DNA of 64,000 nucleotides from a virus (lineage: Duplodnaviria; Caudoviricetes): IMG/VR virus record IMGVR_UViG_2684623237_000002, positions 8,215 to 72,214 of that record; one strand, 5' to 3'. How positions within the stretch are numbered: the stretch's first letter is position 1; every line of letters begins with the position of its first letter. The notes under the pieces were generated by a model. The model saw nothing but the letters and a program-made list of their open reading frames with translations, did not search any database and was not told the DNA's origin. A program made the translations under genes and the position numbers. Below, piece by piece: positions 26,925 to 36,709 of this stretch.

Positions 26925-27386
26925 ATGGCAGCCCTGAACAGTGAGGTGAAAGGCTTCATGGTTCAGGCCTTGGCGTGCTTCGACACACCTTCCCAGGTTG
27001 CAGCGGCTGTCCGAGAGGAATTCGGCATTGAGGTGACCCGTCAGCAGTGCGAGGCGCAAGACCCGACCAAGCGCGCCGGCCGAGATCTGGCAAAGAAGTG
27101 GGTGACCCTTTTCCACGACACCCGTAAGCGGTTCCGTGAAGAGACAGCTGACATCCCGATCGCCAACCGCGCCTTCCGCCTCCGCGCCATGAATCGCTTC
27201 GTGGAGAAGGCCGAGACGATGAAGAACATCGGTCTGGCCATGCAGATCCTCGAACAGGCCGCGAAAGAAACCGGTGACATCTACGTCAACCGGGCACGGA
27301 AAGAAGAGGCTGGCGATGAACCGGTGATCCCGACCCGCATTCAGGTCGACGTGGTGGATGCGAGGAAGCCGAATGCCGAGCCTTAA
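26925..27386 (+). CDS. terS: Terminase small subunit (DUF2280-like)
   Basis: QALACFDTPSQV..AV.EEFG, PIANRAFRL; directly upstream of terL. Confidence 0.8.
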   Translation: MAALNSEVKGFMVQALACFDTPSQVAAAVREEFGIEVTRQQCEAQDPTKRAGRDLAKKWVTLFHDTRKRFREETADIPIANRAFRLRAMNRFVEKAETMKNIGLAMQILEQAAKETGDIYVNRARKEEAGDEPVIPTRIQVDVVDARKPNAEP

Positions 27387-29682
27387 CGTTCCGCAATCGC
27401 AGTTCCTCCTGTTACCGCACAAGTTTCGTGCATTCGTTGCCGGGTTCGGGTGCCTGCGAGGAAGCACCCTGGTTATGACTGAGTCTGGGCCTATGCCCAT
27501 TCAGGAAATCGATCGGCCAATGCGCGTTCTATCGTGGTCGGCTGCGAATGATCGATTTGAGCTTGCTCTAAGTGGTGGCGCGTACCCAAAAGGTGCGGCG
27601 ACGCTATTCCGAGTCGTGACGCAGCGAGGAGAATTTGTAGCAAGCGGACATCACCGCGTTCTCTGCGCTGACGGTAGCTATCGACGCGTGGATATGCTGG
27701 TCTCAGGTGAGATGGTATCTGCATCTTCGCAAAGCCTTCTTCAGACCAATTTGGCCGAAGTCCCGAAATCGTGGCACGCAGGTGATCAGCATTCGAATCA
27801 AAGACTCGCAGATTCACTGGGTCGTTATGCAGATGAAGCCCGTCGATATGGTCAACAACTTCTGACGGAAGCAGGTATCGGCCAATCTTCTGCTCGGCAA
27901 TCAGCCGATGCTGGAACATCAAGCCAGTCTTCCTTGCTTGAGGGTGGTCGGCCGGAGCCTGGACTAGCGCATAGCCATCCAGGTCGACAATTCTGCCTGC
28001 TTGGTAGCTGTGGTTCAGTTCGCCAAGCCGTCCTCCGCGACTCAGTCGATCTGCGTTGTGAGTCCTCAGGGTGTTCTGCACATGCTTGTCGCTGCACCCG
28101 AGAAGGCCAGCAATCTCTGCAGATGTCCGATTCTCTCCTGCAAGGGCAAGAATCTCCTGCTTCAGGCTGGATCGAGGCGCAGGCTTCGCTCGCTGCTTCA
28201 GCTTCAGGTTGTACCGCTCAATGCAGCGATAAACATGGCTGCGCTCGCACCCTGCAAGCTTCGCAACTTCTGATGCGCTGCGATCAGGCTGGGCAAGATC
28301 ACAAATTTTCTGGTCTAGAGGCGTCAAATAATAGCTCCGCAATCGAATCCTGCTACATTTTAAGCGTTGTCGCACTCGATGTGGTAGAGACTTACTACGA
28401 CCTGCAGGTGCTGGATAACAACTGCTACGTGACTGTCGATGGGGCTATCCATCACAACAGCGGCAAGACCTGGGTCGGATGCTCGGCACTGAGCAAGCAC
28501 TTCATGGAGTGGCCCGGCGTTAACGCTGGCTACTTTGCACCGACTTACCCGCAGATCCGGGACATCTTCTATCCGACCATGGATGAGGTGGCCTACGACT
28601 GGGGGCTGAAGACCAAGATCAACCAGGCGAACCACGAAGTTCACATCTACAGCGGCCGGCAGTACCGCGGCACTGTGATTTGCAGGTCGATGGAGAAGCC
28701 GCAGACGATTGTCGGTTTCAAGATTGGTCACGCCCTGGTTGATGAGCTGGACGTGCTGACTGCCATCAAGGCTCAGCAGGCCTGGCGCAAGATCATTGCC
28801 CGTATGCGCTACAACCTTCCGGGGCTGAAGAACGGCGTGGACGTCACCACGACGCCAGAAGGCTTTAAGTTTGTCTTCCTGCAATTCGTGAAGCAGTTGC
28901 GCGACAAGCCGTCGCTCAAGGAAATGTACGGCCTGGTGCAGGCCAGCACGTTCGATAACGAGCTGAACCTGCCGGATGACTACATCGCCTCCCTGATGGA
29001 GTCGTATCCGCCGCAGCTGATCATGGCGTACCTCAAAGGCCAGTTCGTCAACCTGACGTCCGGCACGATCTACACGGCCTACGACCGCAAGCTCAACGGC
29101 TGCTTCGACACTGTGCTGCCCGGCGAGCCGCTGTTCATCGGGATGGACTTCAACGTAGGCAAGATGGCGGCGATTACCCATGTTAAGCGTGACCAGGGGC
29201 TGCCCAGGGCCGTGGATGAGCTGATCGACGGCTACGACACGCCCGACATGATCCGCCGCATCAAAGAGCGCTACTGGCAGCACGACGGCAATGACTTCAA
29301 GAAGACCTGCGAGATCAGGATCTACCCAGATGCCTCGGGCGATTCGCGCAAGTCCGTGAACGCCAGTATCACCGATCTGGCCATGCTCAAGCAGGCCGGC
29401 TTTGCGGTCATCGCTCCCGCGGCAAACCCGCCGGTGAAGGACCGAATCAACGCAATGAACGCCGTCTTCTGCAATGCGCAGGGCGAGCGCCGCTACCTGG
29501 TCAATTCGCTCACCTGTCCGACCTACGCCGATGGCCTGGAACAGCAGGTGTGGGGCACGAACGGGGAGCCAGATAAAACCGCCGGCATCGATCACGCGAA
29601 CGACGCCGGCGGCTACTTCATCCACCGCGAGTACCCGATCATCAAACCGGTCACCGCTATCAAAATGGGATACGCCCGATGA
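27373..29682 (+). CDS. terL: Terminase large subunit interrupted by an intein
   Basis: Walker A GFG|SGKT split by insertion; Walker B LVDELD; TTTPEG; nuclease GMDFN, YPDASG, DHANDA. Confidence 0.93.
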   Translation: MPSLNVPQSQFLLLPHKFRAFVAGFGCLRGSTLVMTESGPMPIQEIDRPMRVLSWSAANDRFELALSGGAYPKGAATLFRVVTQRGEFVASGHHRVLCADGSYRRVDMLVSGEMVSASSQSLLQTNLAEVPKSWHAGDQHSNQRLADSLGRYADEARRYGQQLLTEAGIGQSSARQSADAGTSSQSSLLEGGRPEPGLAHSHPGRQFCLLGSCGSVRQAVLRDSVDLRCESSGCSAHACRCTREGQQSLQMSDSLLQGQESPASGWIEAQASLAASASGCTAQCSDKHGCARTLQASQLLMRCDQAGQDHKFSGLEASNNSSAIESCYILSVVALDVVETYYDLQVLDNNCYVTVDGAIHHNSGKTWVGCSALSKHFMEWPGVNAGYFAPTYPQIRDIFYPTMDEVAYDWGLKTKINQANHEVHIYSGRQYRGTVICRSMEKPQTIVGFKIGHALVDELDVLTAIKAQQAWRKIIARMRYNLPGLKNGVDVTTTPEGFKFVFLQFVKQLRDKPSLKEMYGLVQASTFDNELNLPDDYIASLMESYPPQLIMAYLKGQFVNLTSGTIYTAYDRKLNGCFDTVLPGEPLFIGMDFNVGKMAAITHVKRDQGLPRAVDELIDGYDTPDMIRRIKERYWQHDGNDFKKTCEIRIYPDASGDSRKSVNASITDLAMLKQAGFAVIAPAANPPVKDRINAMNAVFCNAQGERRYLVNSLTCPTYADGLEQQVWGTNGEPDKTAGIDHANDAGGYFIHREYPIIKPVTAIKMGYAR
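27451..28458 (+). mobile_element. Intein (336 aa) in TerL Walker A
   Basis: Block A CLRGSTLVMT, block B FVASGHHRVL, block F TYYDLQV, block G NCYVTVDGAIHHN then Ser+1; removal restores AGFGSGKT. Confidence 0.92.
27491..28327 (-). CDS. HTH-HTH-HNH homing endonuclease encoded antisense inside the intein
   Basis: Two HTH repeats (SASEVAKLAGCERSHVYRCI; TSAEIAGLLGCSDKHVQNTL), GELNHSYQAGRIVDLDGY, HRLIAEQKIGRYLLPSEVVDHIDGLHLHNDPVNL; GGAG RBS 7 nt before TTG 28327. Confidence 0.85.
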   Translation of the reverse strand: MTPLDQKICDLAQPDRSASEVAKLAGCERSHVYRCIERYNLKLKQRAKPAPRSSLKQEILALAGENRTSAEIAGLLGCSDKHVQNTLRTHNADRLSRGGRLGELNHSYQAGRIVDLDGYALVQAPADHPQARKTGLMFQHRLIAEQKIGRYLLPSEVVDHIDGLHLHNDPVNLRVFDSNADHLRATISGLRPNWSEEGFAKMQIPSHLRPAYPRVDSYRQRRERGDVRLLQILLAASRLGIASPHLLGTRHHLEQAQIDHSQPTTIERALADRFPEWA

Positions 29683-31097
29683 GCAACGACGTCTCCTTCA
29701 AGCGGGCGGAATACACGGCAGTGCTGGATCGCTGGGCGACCGTTCGCGACGTCTGCGCGGGCCAGCACCGGGTAGTCGATCGGCTGCCGTACATCAACGC
29801 GCACGACAAGTCGCCGGAGAACGAAGATCGGAACCGGGCTTACCGCGAGCGAGCGGTGTTCAAGAACGCCACCGGGCACACCCGTAACGGGCTGCTGGGT
29901 CTGGCCTTCCATAAAGACCCGACACTCACGGTGCCAAAGAAGCTGGAATACCTGCAAGACAACGCCAACGGCTCCGGAGTGAGCATTTACCAGCACTCCC
30001 AAGGCACGCTGGAGAAGGTGCTTGAAGCTGGGCGCCACGGTCTGTACGTCGACTATCACCAGGACGACGGCATCGGCGGTCACTCGGTGATCCTGTCCTA
30101 CTGCGCGGAAGACATCATCAATTGGCGCACGGGCATGGTTAACGGCCACAGCGTGCTGACGCTGGTGGTACTGCGCGAGTCTCCGGAGATTCCTGACGGC
30201 TTCGGCTACAAGACGGCTGAGCAGTACCGGGAACTGGCGCTTGAGGATGACGGGTTTGTTTGTCGTGTTTGGCGCCGGTCCGGCCCGAAAGGTGGCGGGC
30301 CGCTGGCGGTCATCGAAGAGTTCAGGCCGGAAGGCGTCACCGGGCGTCTCAAGGAGATCCCGTTCACCTTCGTCGGCGCGCAGAACAACGACCCAAGCAT
30401 CGATGAGTCACCGCTCTACGATATCGCCATGATCAATCTGGGCCATTACCGGAACAGCGCAGATTACGAAGACAGTGTCTTCTGGTGTGGCCAGGCCCAG
30501 CCATGGATCAGTGGTTTGGATGAGCAGTGGCGCGACTGGATGGAGAAGCACGGTGTCTATGTCGGCTCCAGGGCGCCAATGATGCTGCCGGCCGGCGGCC
30601 AGTTCGGCTACGCGCAACCCCAGCCGAACACGCTGGTTAAGGAGGCCATGGCCGACAAGAACCAAATGATGATCGAGCTTGGCGCCCGCATGGTCGTTGC
30701 GTCTCTGTCCTCAAAGACGGCAACCGAGGCGCGCGGTGACCAATCAGCGTCCACATCGGTGCTGGCCGGGTGCGTGGCGAACGTGAGCGAGGCCTACACC
30801 CGGGCGATCATGTGGTGCTGCGCCTACATGGGCATTGCTGACAAGAAGATCGCCTACCAAGTGAATCAGGAGTTCGTCGAGCTGACGGCTGATCCGCAGA
30901 TGATCACGGCTTTGGTTGGCTTGTGGCAGCAACGCGGCTTTGCCAAGGCAGACCTTCGGGCCTACCTGCGCAAGCTGGGGCTGATCGCGCCAGAGCGTAC
31001 AGATCTGCAGATCGACGGTGAACTGGAAGAGCAGGGCGACGGCCTGGGCCTGGATGACGAGGACAAACCAAATGGCGGTAAATCCGGCAGTACTTGA
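29679..31097 (+). CDS. Portal protein (DUF4055-like)
   Basis: Follows terL; Y.ERAVFKN.TG.T, PLYDIAMINLGHYRNSADYE. Confidence 0.88.
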   Translation: MSNDVSFKRAEYTAVLDRWATVRDVCAGQHRVVDRLPYINAHDKSPENEDRNRAYRERAVFKNATGHTRNGLLGLAFHKDPTLTVPKKLEYLQDNANGSGVSIYQHSQGTLEKVLEAGRHGLYVDYHQDDGIGGHSVILSYCAEDIINWRTGMVNGHSVLTLVVLRESPEIPDGFGYKTAEQYRELALEDDGFVCRVWRRSGPKGGGPLAVIEEFRPEGVTGRLKEIPFTFVGAQNNDPSIDESPLYDIAMINLGHYRNSADYEDSVFWCGQAQPWISGLDEQWRDWMEKHGVYVGSRAPMMLPAGGQFGYAQPQPNTLVKEAMADKNQMMIELGARMVVASLSSKTATEARGDQSASTSVLAGCVANVSEAYTRAIMWCCAYMGIADKKIAYQVNQEFVELTADPQMITALVGLWQQRGFAKADLRAYLRKLGLIAPERTDLQIDGELEEQGDGLGLDDEDKPNGGKSGST

Positions 31098-32160
31098 TGC
31101 CACGATCCGGCACGCGGTCTTCCTCGAAAAGCTCAAGGCGGGGGAGGTGGGCAAGTTCGCTCCCTTCCTCAAGGAGATTGACCGATCTATACGGGATCGG
31201 CTGACCCAGTCGGACCTGACCGAGTACAACACGAAGCGCCTGGAAGCGTTGCTGAAAGAGGTCGACAGTCTGTTGCTGGGCATCTTCGACCGGTACAGCG
31301 CGCAACTGAACCTTGACCTGGTGGACATCGCCAATTACGAGGCCGAGTTTGAGGCGACCAGTCTTGCCAGATCGGCGCCGGTTGGCGTGTCGCTGGATGT
31401 GGTCGCTCCGACGACCGCTGCAATCCGCACCGCAGTGCTGACGAATCCGCTCAGCGTGCGCGGCACAGGCGGCGGGAAGCTGCTGAAGGCCTTCATCAAG
31501 GGGTGGACCGGTGCGGAGCGTGAACGGGTTACCGGCACCATCCGGCAGGGCTTTTTCGAGGGGCAGACGAACTTTCAGATCATTCGCAACATTCGCGGCA
31601 CCAAGGCGGCAGGGTACAAAGACGGCATCCTGGCCACCACCAACCGTAATGCCAGCACGGTCGTGCACACCGCGATTCAGCATGTGTCGTCCCAGGCGCG
31701 CATGGAGGTGGCCAAGGCCAACACGGATATCGTGGAAGAGATCCAGATGGTGGCCACGCTGGACAGCAAGACCAGCCAGCAATGCCGCTCAATGGACAAG
31801 CGTAAGTTTCCAGTGGATTCCGGGCCAAGGCCTCCGTTCCACCCGAACTGCCGTACTACGTTCGTTTTGCTCACCAAACTCAGCGCCATGTTCGCCAAAG
31901 GCGCTACCCGGGCTTCAGTGGGTGCTGACGGCGGGCAGCAGGTGAGTGCTGAACTCGATTACTACCACTGGCTCCAGCAGCAGCCGGCCTCGTTCCAGGA
32001 CGTCGCCATCGGGCCCGTCCGAGCCAAACTGTTCCGGGAGGGCGGGCTGACCGTCGAGCGCTTCGCCGAACTGCAGCTTGATCGCAACTTTGCGCCGCTG
32101 ACTCTGGTGCAGATGAAGAGCCTAGAACCTCTAGCCTTCCAAAACGCTGGGTTCATATAG
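31072..32160 (+). CDS. Minor head morphogenesis protein (SPP1 gp7/Mu F-like)
   Basis: ATLDSKTSQQCRSMD, PPFHPNCRT. Confidence 0.88.
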   Translation: MAVNPAVLDATIRHAVFLEKLKAGEVGKFAPFLKEIDRSIRDRLTQSDLTEYNTKRLEALLKEVDSLLLGIFDRYSAQLNLDLVDIANYEAEFEATSLARSAPVGVSLDVVAPTTAAIRTAVLTNPLSVRGTGGGKLLKAFIKGWTGAERERVTGTIRQGFFEGQTNFQIIRNIRGTKAAGYKDGILATTNRNASTVVHTAIQHVSSQARMEVAKANTDIVEEIQMVATLDSKTSQQCRSMDKRKFPVDSGPRPPFHPNCRTTFVLLTKLSAMFAKGATRASVGADGGQQVSAELDYYHWLQQQPASFQDVAIGPVRAKLFREGGLTVERFAELQLDRNFAPLTLVQMKSLEPLAFQNAGFI

Positions 32161-32198
32161 CTTGTAGAATGACCCTTCATAACCATGGAAGAGACAGT

Positions 32199-32834
32199 AT
32201 GAATTGGGGTTGGATTTTGTTCTCGGTAGTGCTGGGCATTGTTTGCACTTTAGCTGGGCTATTTATCGGCGTCAGCGTGAATTCTGAGTGGTCGGTGAAC
32301 TATTTGCCTGTCGGCGCTAGCTTTGGTGATTGGGGGAACTGGGTCTCTGGTGTTGGTGCTTTACTAGCGGTTTTGGTATCGCTGCATCTCGCACGTCGAG
32401 ACGATAGTGAGAAAGTTTCCACGGAAGTTGGCGTACAAGCTCTGTTAGACCGTGGGGCAGAAGGTCTTGGAATATTCATAAGAGCTGCTAGCGTCGGTCG
32501 ATCTCCTACGACAGTAGTACAGGTCGGCGTTTGTATAGACGGCAAGCCACAAAGCTTTTGTCCAGCCGTTGCGTTTACCAGCGAAACTGACGAAGTTCCG
32601 AAATATCTGGCGCGCGGGCAAATATTTGAGGCTTCTCTCGACATCGTTGGTATTTCGAAGGTGGCGTTAAGGTTCTATGAGGAGACGAGTGGACAGCCTA
32701 AGAAGCTTCATTTTGAAGTTAGAACTGGTTCTAGGACGTACAGGGTAAAGCCCACTGCGGCGGCATTTGATCTCCTAGAAATGGCGTTTAAGTCGCAAGC
32801 CAAATATTCAGGGGGCGTCGCTAAAGCAACGTAG
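32199..32834 (+). CDS. Moron two-TM membrane protein
   Basis: Lower GC, two N-terminal TMs, followed by terminator ~32857-32883. Confidence 0.75.
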   Translation: MNWGWILFSVVLGIVCTLAGLFIGVSVNSEWSVNYLPVGASFGDWGNWVSGVGALLAVLVSLHLARRDDSEKVSTEVGVQALLDRGAEGLGIFIRAASVGRSPTTVVQVGVCIDGKPQSFCPAVAFTSETDEVPKYLARGQIFEASLDIVGISKVALRFYEETSGQPKKLHFEVRTGSRTYRVKPTAAAFDLLEMAFKSQAKYSGGVAKAT

Positions 32835-32926
32835 CTGGAACTGACTTTTATTGATAAGCCTCGGCAACTGCCGGGGTTTTTTTATGCCTGCAAAGCGGGC
32901 AAAACATACCCAAGGGGTGCATCAAC

Positions 32927-33655
32927 ATGGCAGAAGAAAACGAAATCGACCTGGAAAACCCGGCAATCAAGGCCGCTATCGCGACTGCCGTTGAAGCATC
33001 CGTTTCTGGTTTGAAAACCAAGAACTCGGAGCTGCTGGGTAAGCTGAAGGAAACATCCGGCAAGCTGACCCAGTTTGAAACACAGTTTGAAGGCATCGAC
33101 ATCGACGCTGTTAAAGGCCTGCTCAGTCGAGCGGGCCAAGACGAAGAAACCAAGCTGCTGACTGAGGGCAAGGTTGACGAGGTCTTCAACCGCCGCACCG
33201 AGCGCCTGCGTGGCGACTACGACAAGCAACTGAAGACCATCAGCGAGCGCGCCGAGAAGGCGGAGTCGTTCGCTGCCAAGTTCCAGGGCAAAGTCCTGGG
33301 CGACTCGGTACGCGGTGCAGCGCTGAAAGCCGGCGCTCTGCCAGAAGCAACCGACGACATCATCCTGCGCGCCAAAGGCGTGTTCACTCTTAACGAAGAT
33401 GGCGATGCAGTCGCCGTTGATGAATCCGGCCAGGTCATCCTCGGTAAAGACGGCAAGACCCCTCTGACTCCGCTCGAATGGGCGGAATCTCTGCGCGAAA
33501 GCGCACCTCATCTGTGGCCAAGGGCTTCAGGGACATTTGCCCCGGGCGGGGGTGGCGGCAAGGCTGCATTCAAGCGCTCCGAAATGACCTCCGAGCAGAA
33601 GCGCGACTTTCAGCGCAAGCACGGCCAAACCGCATATCTCGCATTGCCCAAGTAA
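32927..33655 (+). CDS. Capsid scaffold protein
   Basis: Coiled-coil, upstream of capsid gene. Confidence 0.8.
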   Translation: MAEENEIDLENPAIKAAIATAVEASVSGLKTKNSELLGKLKETSGKLTQFETQFEGIDIDAVKGLLSRAGQDEETKLLTEGKVDEVFNRRTERLRGDYDKQLKTISERAEKAESFAAKFQGKVLGDSVRGAALKAGALPEATDDIILRAKGVFTLNEDGDAVAVDESGQVILGKDGKTPLTPLEWAESLRESAPHLWPRASGTFAPGGGGGKAAFKRSEMTSEQKRDFQRKHGQTAYLALPK

Positions 33656-33667
33656 GGGGATTGACCC

Positions 33668-34633
33668 ATGGCTACAACCGTTAACAGCGACCTGATCATC
33701 TACAACGATGAGGCGCAAACCGCATACCTGGAACGTGTTCAGGACAACCTGGACGTGTTCAACGCATCGTCCAACGGCGCAATGGTGCTGGACAACGAGC
33801 TGATCGAAGGCGACTTCCGCAAGCGCGCGCTCTACAAGCTGAACGGCTCTCTGGAGCATCGCGACGTCAACTCCGACGGCAAGGTAACTGCCAAGAAGAT
33901 CAGCGCCGGCGAAGCTGTCGGCGTCAAAGCTCCCTGGAAGTACGGCCCGTACCAGACCACCGAAGAGGCATTCAAGCGCCGCGGTCGTCCGGTCGAGGAG
34001 TTCTCCCAGATCGTCGGCGCCGACGTCGCTGATGCGACCCTGGAAGGCTTCATCCAGTACGCAACTGCTGGCCTGCGTGCCGCCATCGGCTCCAACGCTG
34101 ACATGGTGGTTTCGGCCAACATCGAAACCGATGGCAAGAAGACGCTGACTCGCGGTATGCGCAAGTTCGGCGACAAGTTCGGCCGTATTGCTCTGTGGGT
34201 CATGCACTCCAGCGCCTACTTCGACATCGTCGACGAAGCCATCACCAACAAGATCTACGAAGAAGCTGGTGTCGTGATCTACGGCGGCCTGCCAGGCACC
34301 CTGGGCAAGCCGGTACTGGTGACCGACACCGCGCCGGCGGACGTGATCTTCGGCCTGCTGCCAAACGCCGTAACCATCACCGAGTCGCAGGCGCCGGGCT
34401 TCCGTTCCTACGAAGTGAACGACGAAGAAAACCTGAGCATCGGCTACCGCGCGGAAGGCACCGTGAACATCGATGTGCTGGGTTATAGCTGGAAAGCCAC
34501 CACTGGCGGTTCCAACCCAACCCTGGCTGCCGTCGGCTCCGCTGCCAACTGGGTCAAGCATGCGGGAAGCAACAAAGTCACCGCCGGCGTGATGATCACG
34601 CTGACCGCAACGCCTCCTGTTACTGGCGGTTAA
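33668..34633 (+). CDS. Major capsid protein
   Basis: 321 aa, strongly biased codons, position after scaffold. Confidence 0.88.
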   Translation: MATTVNSDLIIYNDEAQTAYLERVQDNLDVFNASSNGAMVLDNELIEGDFRKRALYKLNGSLEHRDVNSDGKVTAKKISAGEAVGVKAPWKYGPYQTTEEAFKRRGRPVEEFSQIVGADVADATLEGFIQYATAGLRAAIGSNADMVVSANIETDGKKTLTRGMRKFGDKFGRIALWVMHSSAYFDIVDEAITNKIYEEAGVVIYGGLPGTLGKPVLVTDTAPADVIFGLLPNAVTITESQAPGFRSYEVNDEENLSIGYRAEGTVNIDVLGYSWKATTGGSNPTLAAVGSAANWVKHAGSNKVTAGVMITLTATPPVTGG

Positions 34634-34680
34634 GCCTCAAACTCAACGCGCGGTCAGCAATGGCCGCCTTGGAGAAACAC

Positions 34681-35262
34681 ATGGAACTGACTTACAGCAA
34701 CCAGCTGAGCGGCTTCGACCCGGAGAAGCGTTACCGCAATCCGGAACACTTCGATAAGCCCGAAGCGGGTGTGACCAGCGTGCTGGTGATTGGCGATTGG
34801 CCGAGCGTGGTCAATGCGTACGAAGTAGCCGGCATCGATGTGTCGGTGAAGGAAGCCAAGCGGGCGCAGATTGTTGGTGTGGGCAACCAAGCCGAACTGG
34901 AAAAGGTTATCGCGGCTTTGCTTGCTGAGCATGGATCGATCCAGATCCTTGTTGACGGTCTGGAAGCTGGCGAAATCCATCCTCCAGAGTCCGGCGACCT
35001 GGCGTTGCGCTTGTATGAAGTGCTGGGCGCCATCCATGCTTCGGTTGGTGAGTTGACCACAGAACGTGACGGGCTGACCCTGACTGTCGAGGCGCTGCGC
35101 GGCGAGGTTGAAGCGCTGAAGCAGGCTGCCCTCACGCCGTCGGCTGATGAGGCTGGTGAAATCGCGGCGCTGAAAGCAAAGCTCGATGAGGCCAAGGTCC
35201 AGTACCGGGCCAACGCCTCGAGAGAATCCCTGGAAAAGCTCGTCGCAAAGTTGAGTGCCTAA
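34681..35262 (+). CDS. Head-associated hypothetical protein (C-terminal HeH/LEM-like helix pair)
   Basis: LKAKLDEAKVQYRANASRESLEKL; position after capsid. Confidence 0.7.
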   Translation: MELTYSNQLSGFDPEKRYRNPEHFDKPEAGVTSVLVIGDWPSVVNAYEVAGIDVSVKEAKRAQIVGVGNQAELEKVIAALLAEHGSIQILVDGLEAGEIHPPESGDLALRLYEVLGAIHASVGELTTERDGLTLTVEALRGEVEALKQAALTPSADEAGEIAALKAKLDEAKVQYRANASRESLEKLVAKLSA

Positions 35263-35394
35263 TACGACCGAGCTGTAGGCAAGGCTAATAAAGGACTAAG
35301 CAAAAGCTTCGTGAGTTCTTCAGAAATCTACTAAATCAGGCGTGATTCAGGTAGGTTTTAACTTCTGACCTTCACCGAATCTATGGAGTGGATA

Positions 35395-35832
35395 ATGATG
35401 AGCGAAAATGGAGAGCTAAATCCTGAGCTTCACGAGCAAATAAAGAAATTCAGTAGTGCCGGAGATATGCTGGCTGAGTCAGGCCGCTATGAGGCAGCGG
35501 TGACTGAATATAACAAGGCCTGGGAAATGATCCCTTCACCAAAAAACGATTGGGAGGCCGCTACTTGGATTCTGGCGGCCATAGCTGATGCTTGTTTCTT
35601 GTCAGGATTCAAAACCTCTGCTCGCGAAGCTTTGCAGTACGCAATGACCTGCCCTGGCGGTCTCGGAAATCCATTTTTGCATCTGCGCCTTGGGCAGGTT
35701 TTGTTTGATGAAGGTCAAGAAGACTCTGCAGCAGACGAGTTGATGCGAGCATACATGGGGGCTGGCCCAGAGATTTTCGCAACTGAAGATGCTCGATACC
35801 TAATCTTTCTCAAAACACGTGCTGATCTTTGA
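35395..35832 (+). CDS. TPR-repeat moron protein
   Basis: GDMLAESGRYEAAVTEYNKAW...GNPFLHLRLGQ...ELMRAYMGAG; lower GC. Confidence 0.75.
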   Translation: MMSENGELNPELHEQIKKFSSAGDMLAESGRYEAAVTEYNKAWEMIPSPKNDWEAATWILAAIADACFLSGFKTSAREALQYAMTCPGGLGNPFLHLRLGQVLFDEGQEDSAADELMRAYMGAGPEIFATEDARYLIFLKTRADL

Positions 35833-35976
35833 AGTTCTTTAACTACTAGGCTGACCATCTCTCTACTGCACTGAGCGCTGTCTAGCGCTCTAGGCACTCC
35901 ATCGTGCGCGCACTTGGTCTAATGACTTAGTCCGTAAAGCGAGCAGGCGGTCTAAACCCATTCAGCGAGCAAACGC

Positions 35977-36480
35977 ATGACACTAATCATCGAGGACGGC
36001 ACCGGCAAGCCTGACGCCGAAAGCTACGCGAGCGCCGAGGACCTGGCCATGTATGCCGTGAAATTCGGCACGGTCATCCCCTCCGGCGTTCCCGAGCAGG
36101 AAGCGCTGCTGCGCCGGGCCGCCCTGGCGATGGATGGCATGACCTGGAAGGGGCGAAAGACGAATAGCGAGCAGGGACTGTCCTGGCCGCGCCGGGAAGT
36201 GCTGCTGGACCACGAGATCAAGCCGAACAACTACCTGCCTGCGCGCATCCAGTACGGCCAAATGGCCCTGGCCGCTGAGATCCATCAGGACGACATCGAC
36301 CCAATCGACAAGCGCAAAGGCGCTGTGACGCTGGAGCGTGTCGAAGGTGCGGTAACCCGCGAATACGCGACGATCTCCAACACCAGCAATCGGCTATTGC
36401 CGGCGGCACCTGATCGACCGAGCGCTACGCAGTTTGCCGACTACCTACAAAAACGCGGGCTTTTCGCTGTTCGTGCGTAG
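35977..36480 (+). CDS. Head-tail adaptor (DnaT-like annotation family)
   Basis: LIIEDGTG..DAESYAS, QGLSWPR. Confidence 0.8.
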   Translation: MTLIIEDGTGKPDAESYASAEDLAMYAVKFGTVIPSGVPEQEALLRRAALAMDGMTWKGRKTNSEQGLSWPRREVLLDHEIKPNNYLPARIQYGQMALAAEIHQDDIDPIDKRKGAVTLERVEGAVTREYATISNTSNRLLPAAPDRPSATQFADYLQKRGLFAVRA

Positions 36481-36515
36481 TGGTAGCGTGGGCTCTCACA
36501 CACAAGGAGGCTCGC

Positions 36516-36689
36516 ATGATTGTTAACGGTCAAGAAAGGCATGAAATTTGGAAGCTAGCGTATATAGCTGCAATCGGAGGTTTGGCAGCTAAGTCCATTC
36601 CAGATAACGATGTGGTTACTCGCGCAGTGGAAATCGCAAATAAGGCACTCTCTGAATATACAAACGAGATGTCGAAGAAAAGCTTCTAA
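36516..36689 (+). CDS. 57-aa moron protein
   Basis: AAGGAGG RBS; TGGTAGCGT extended -10; AT-rich. Confidence 0.6.
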   Translation: MIVNGQERHEIWKLAYIAAIGGLAAKSIPDNDVVTRAVEIANKALSEYTNEMSKKSF

Positions 36690-36709
36690 TTAAAAACTCT
36701 GGAGCCACC

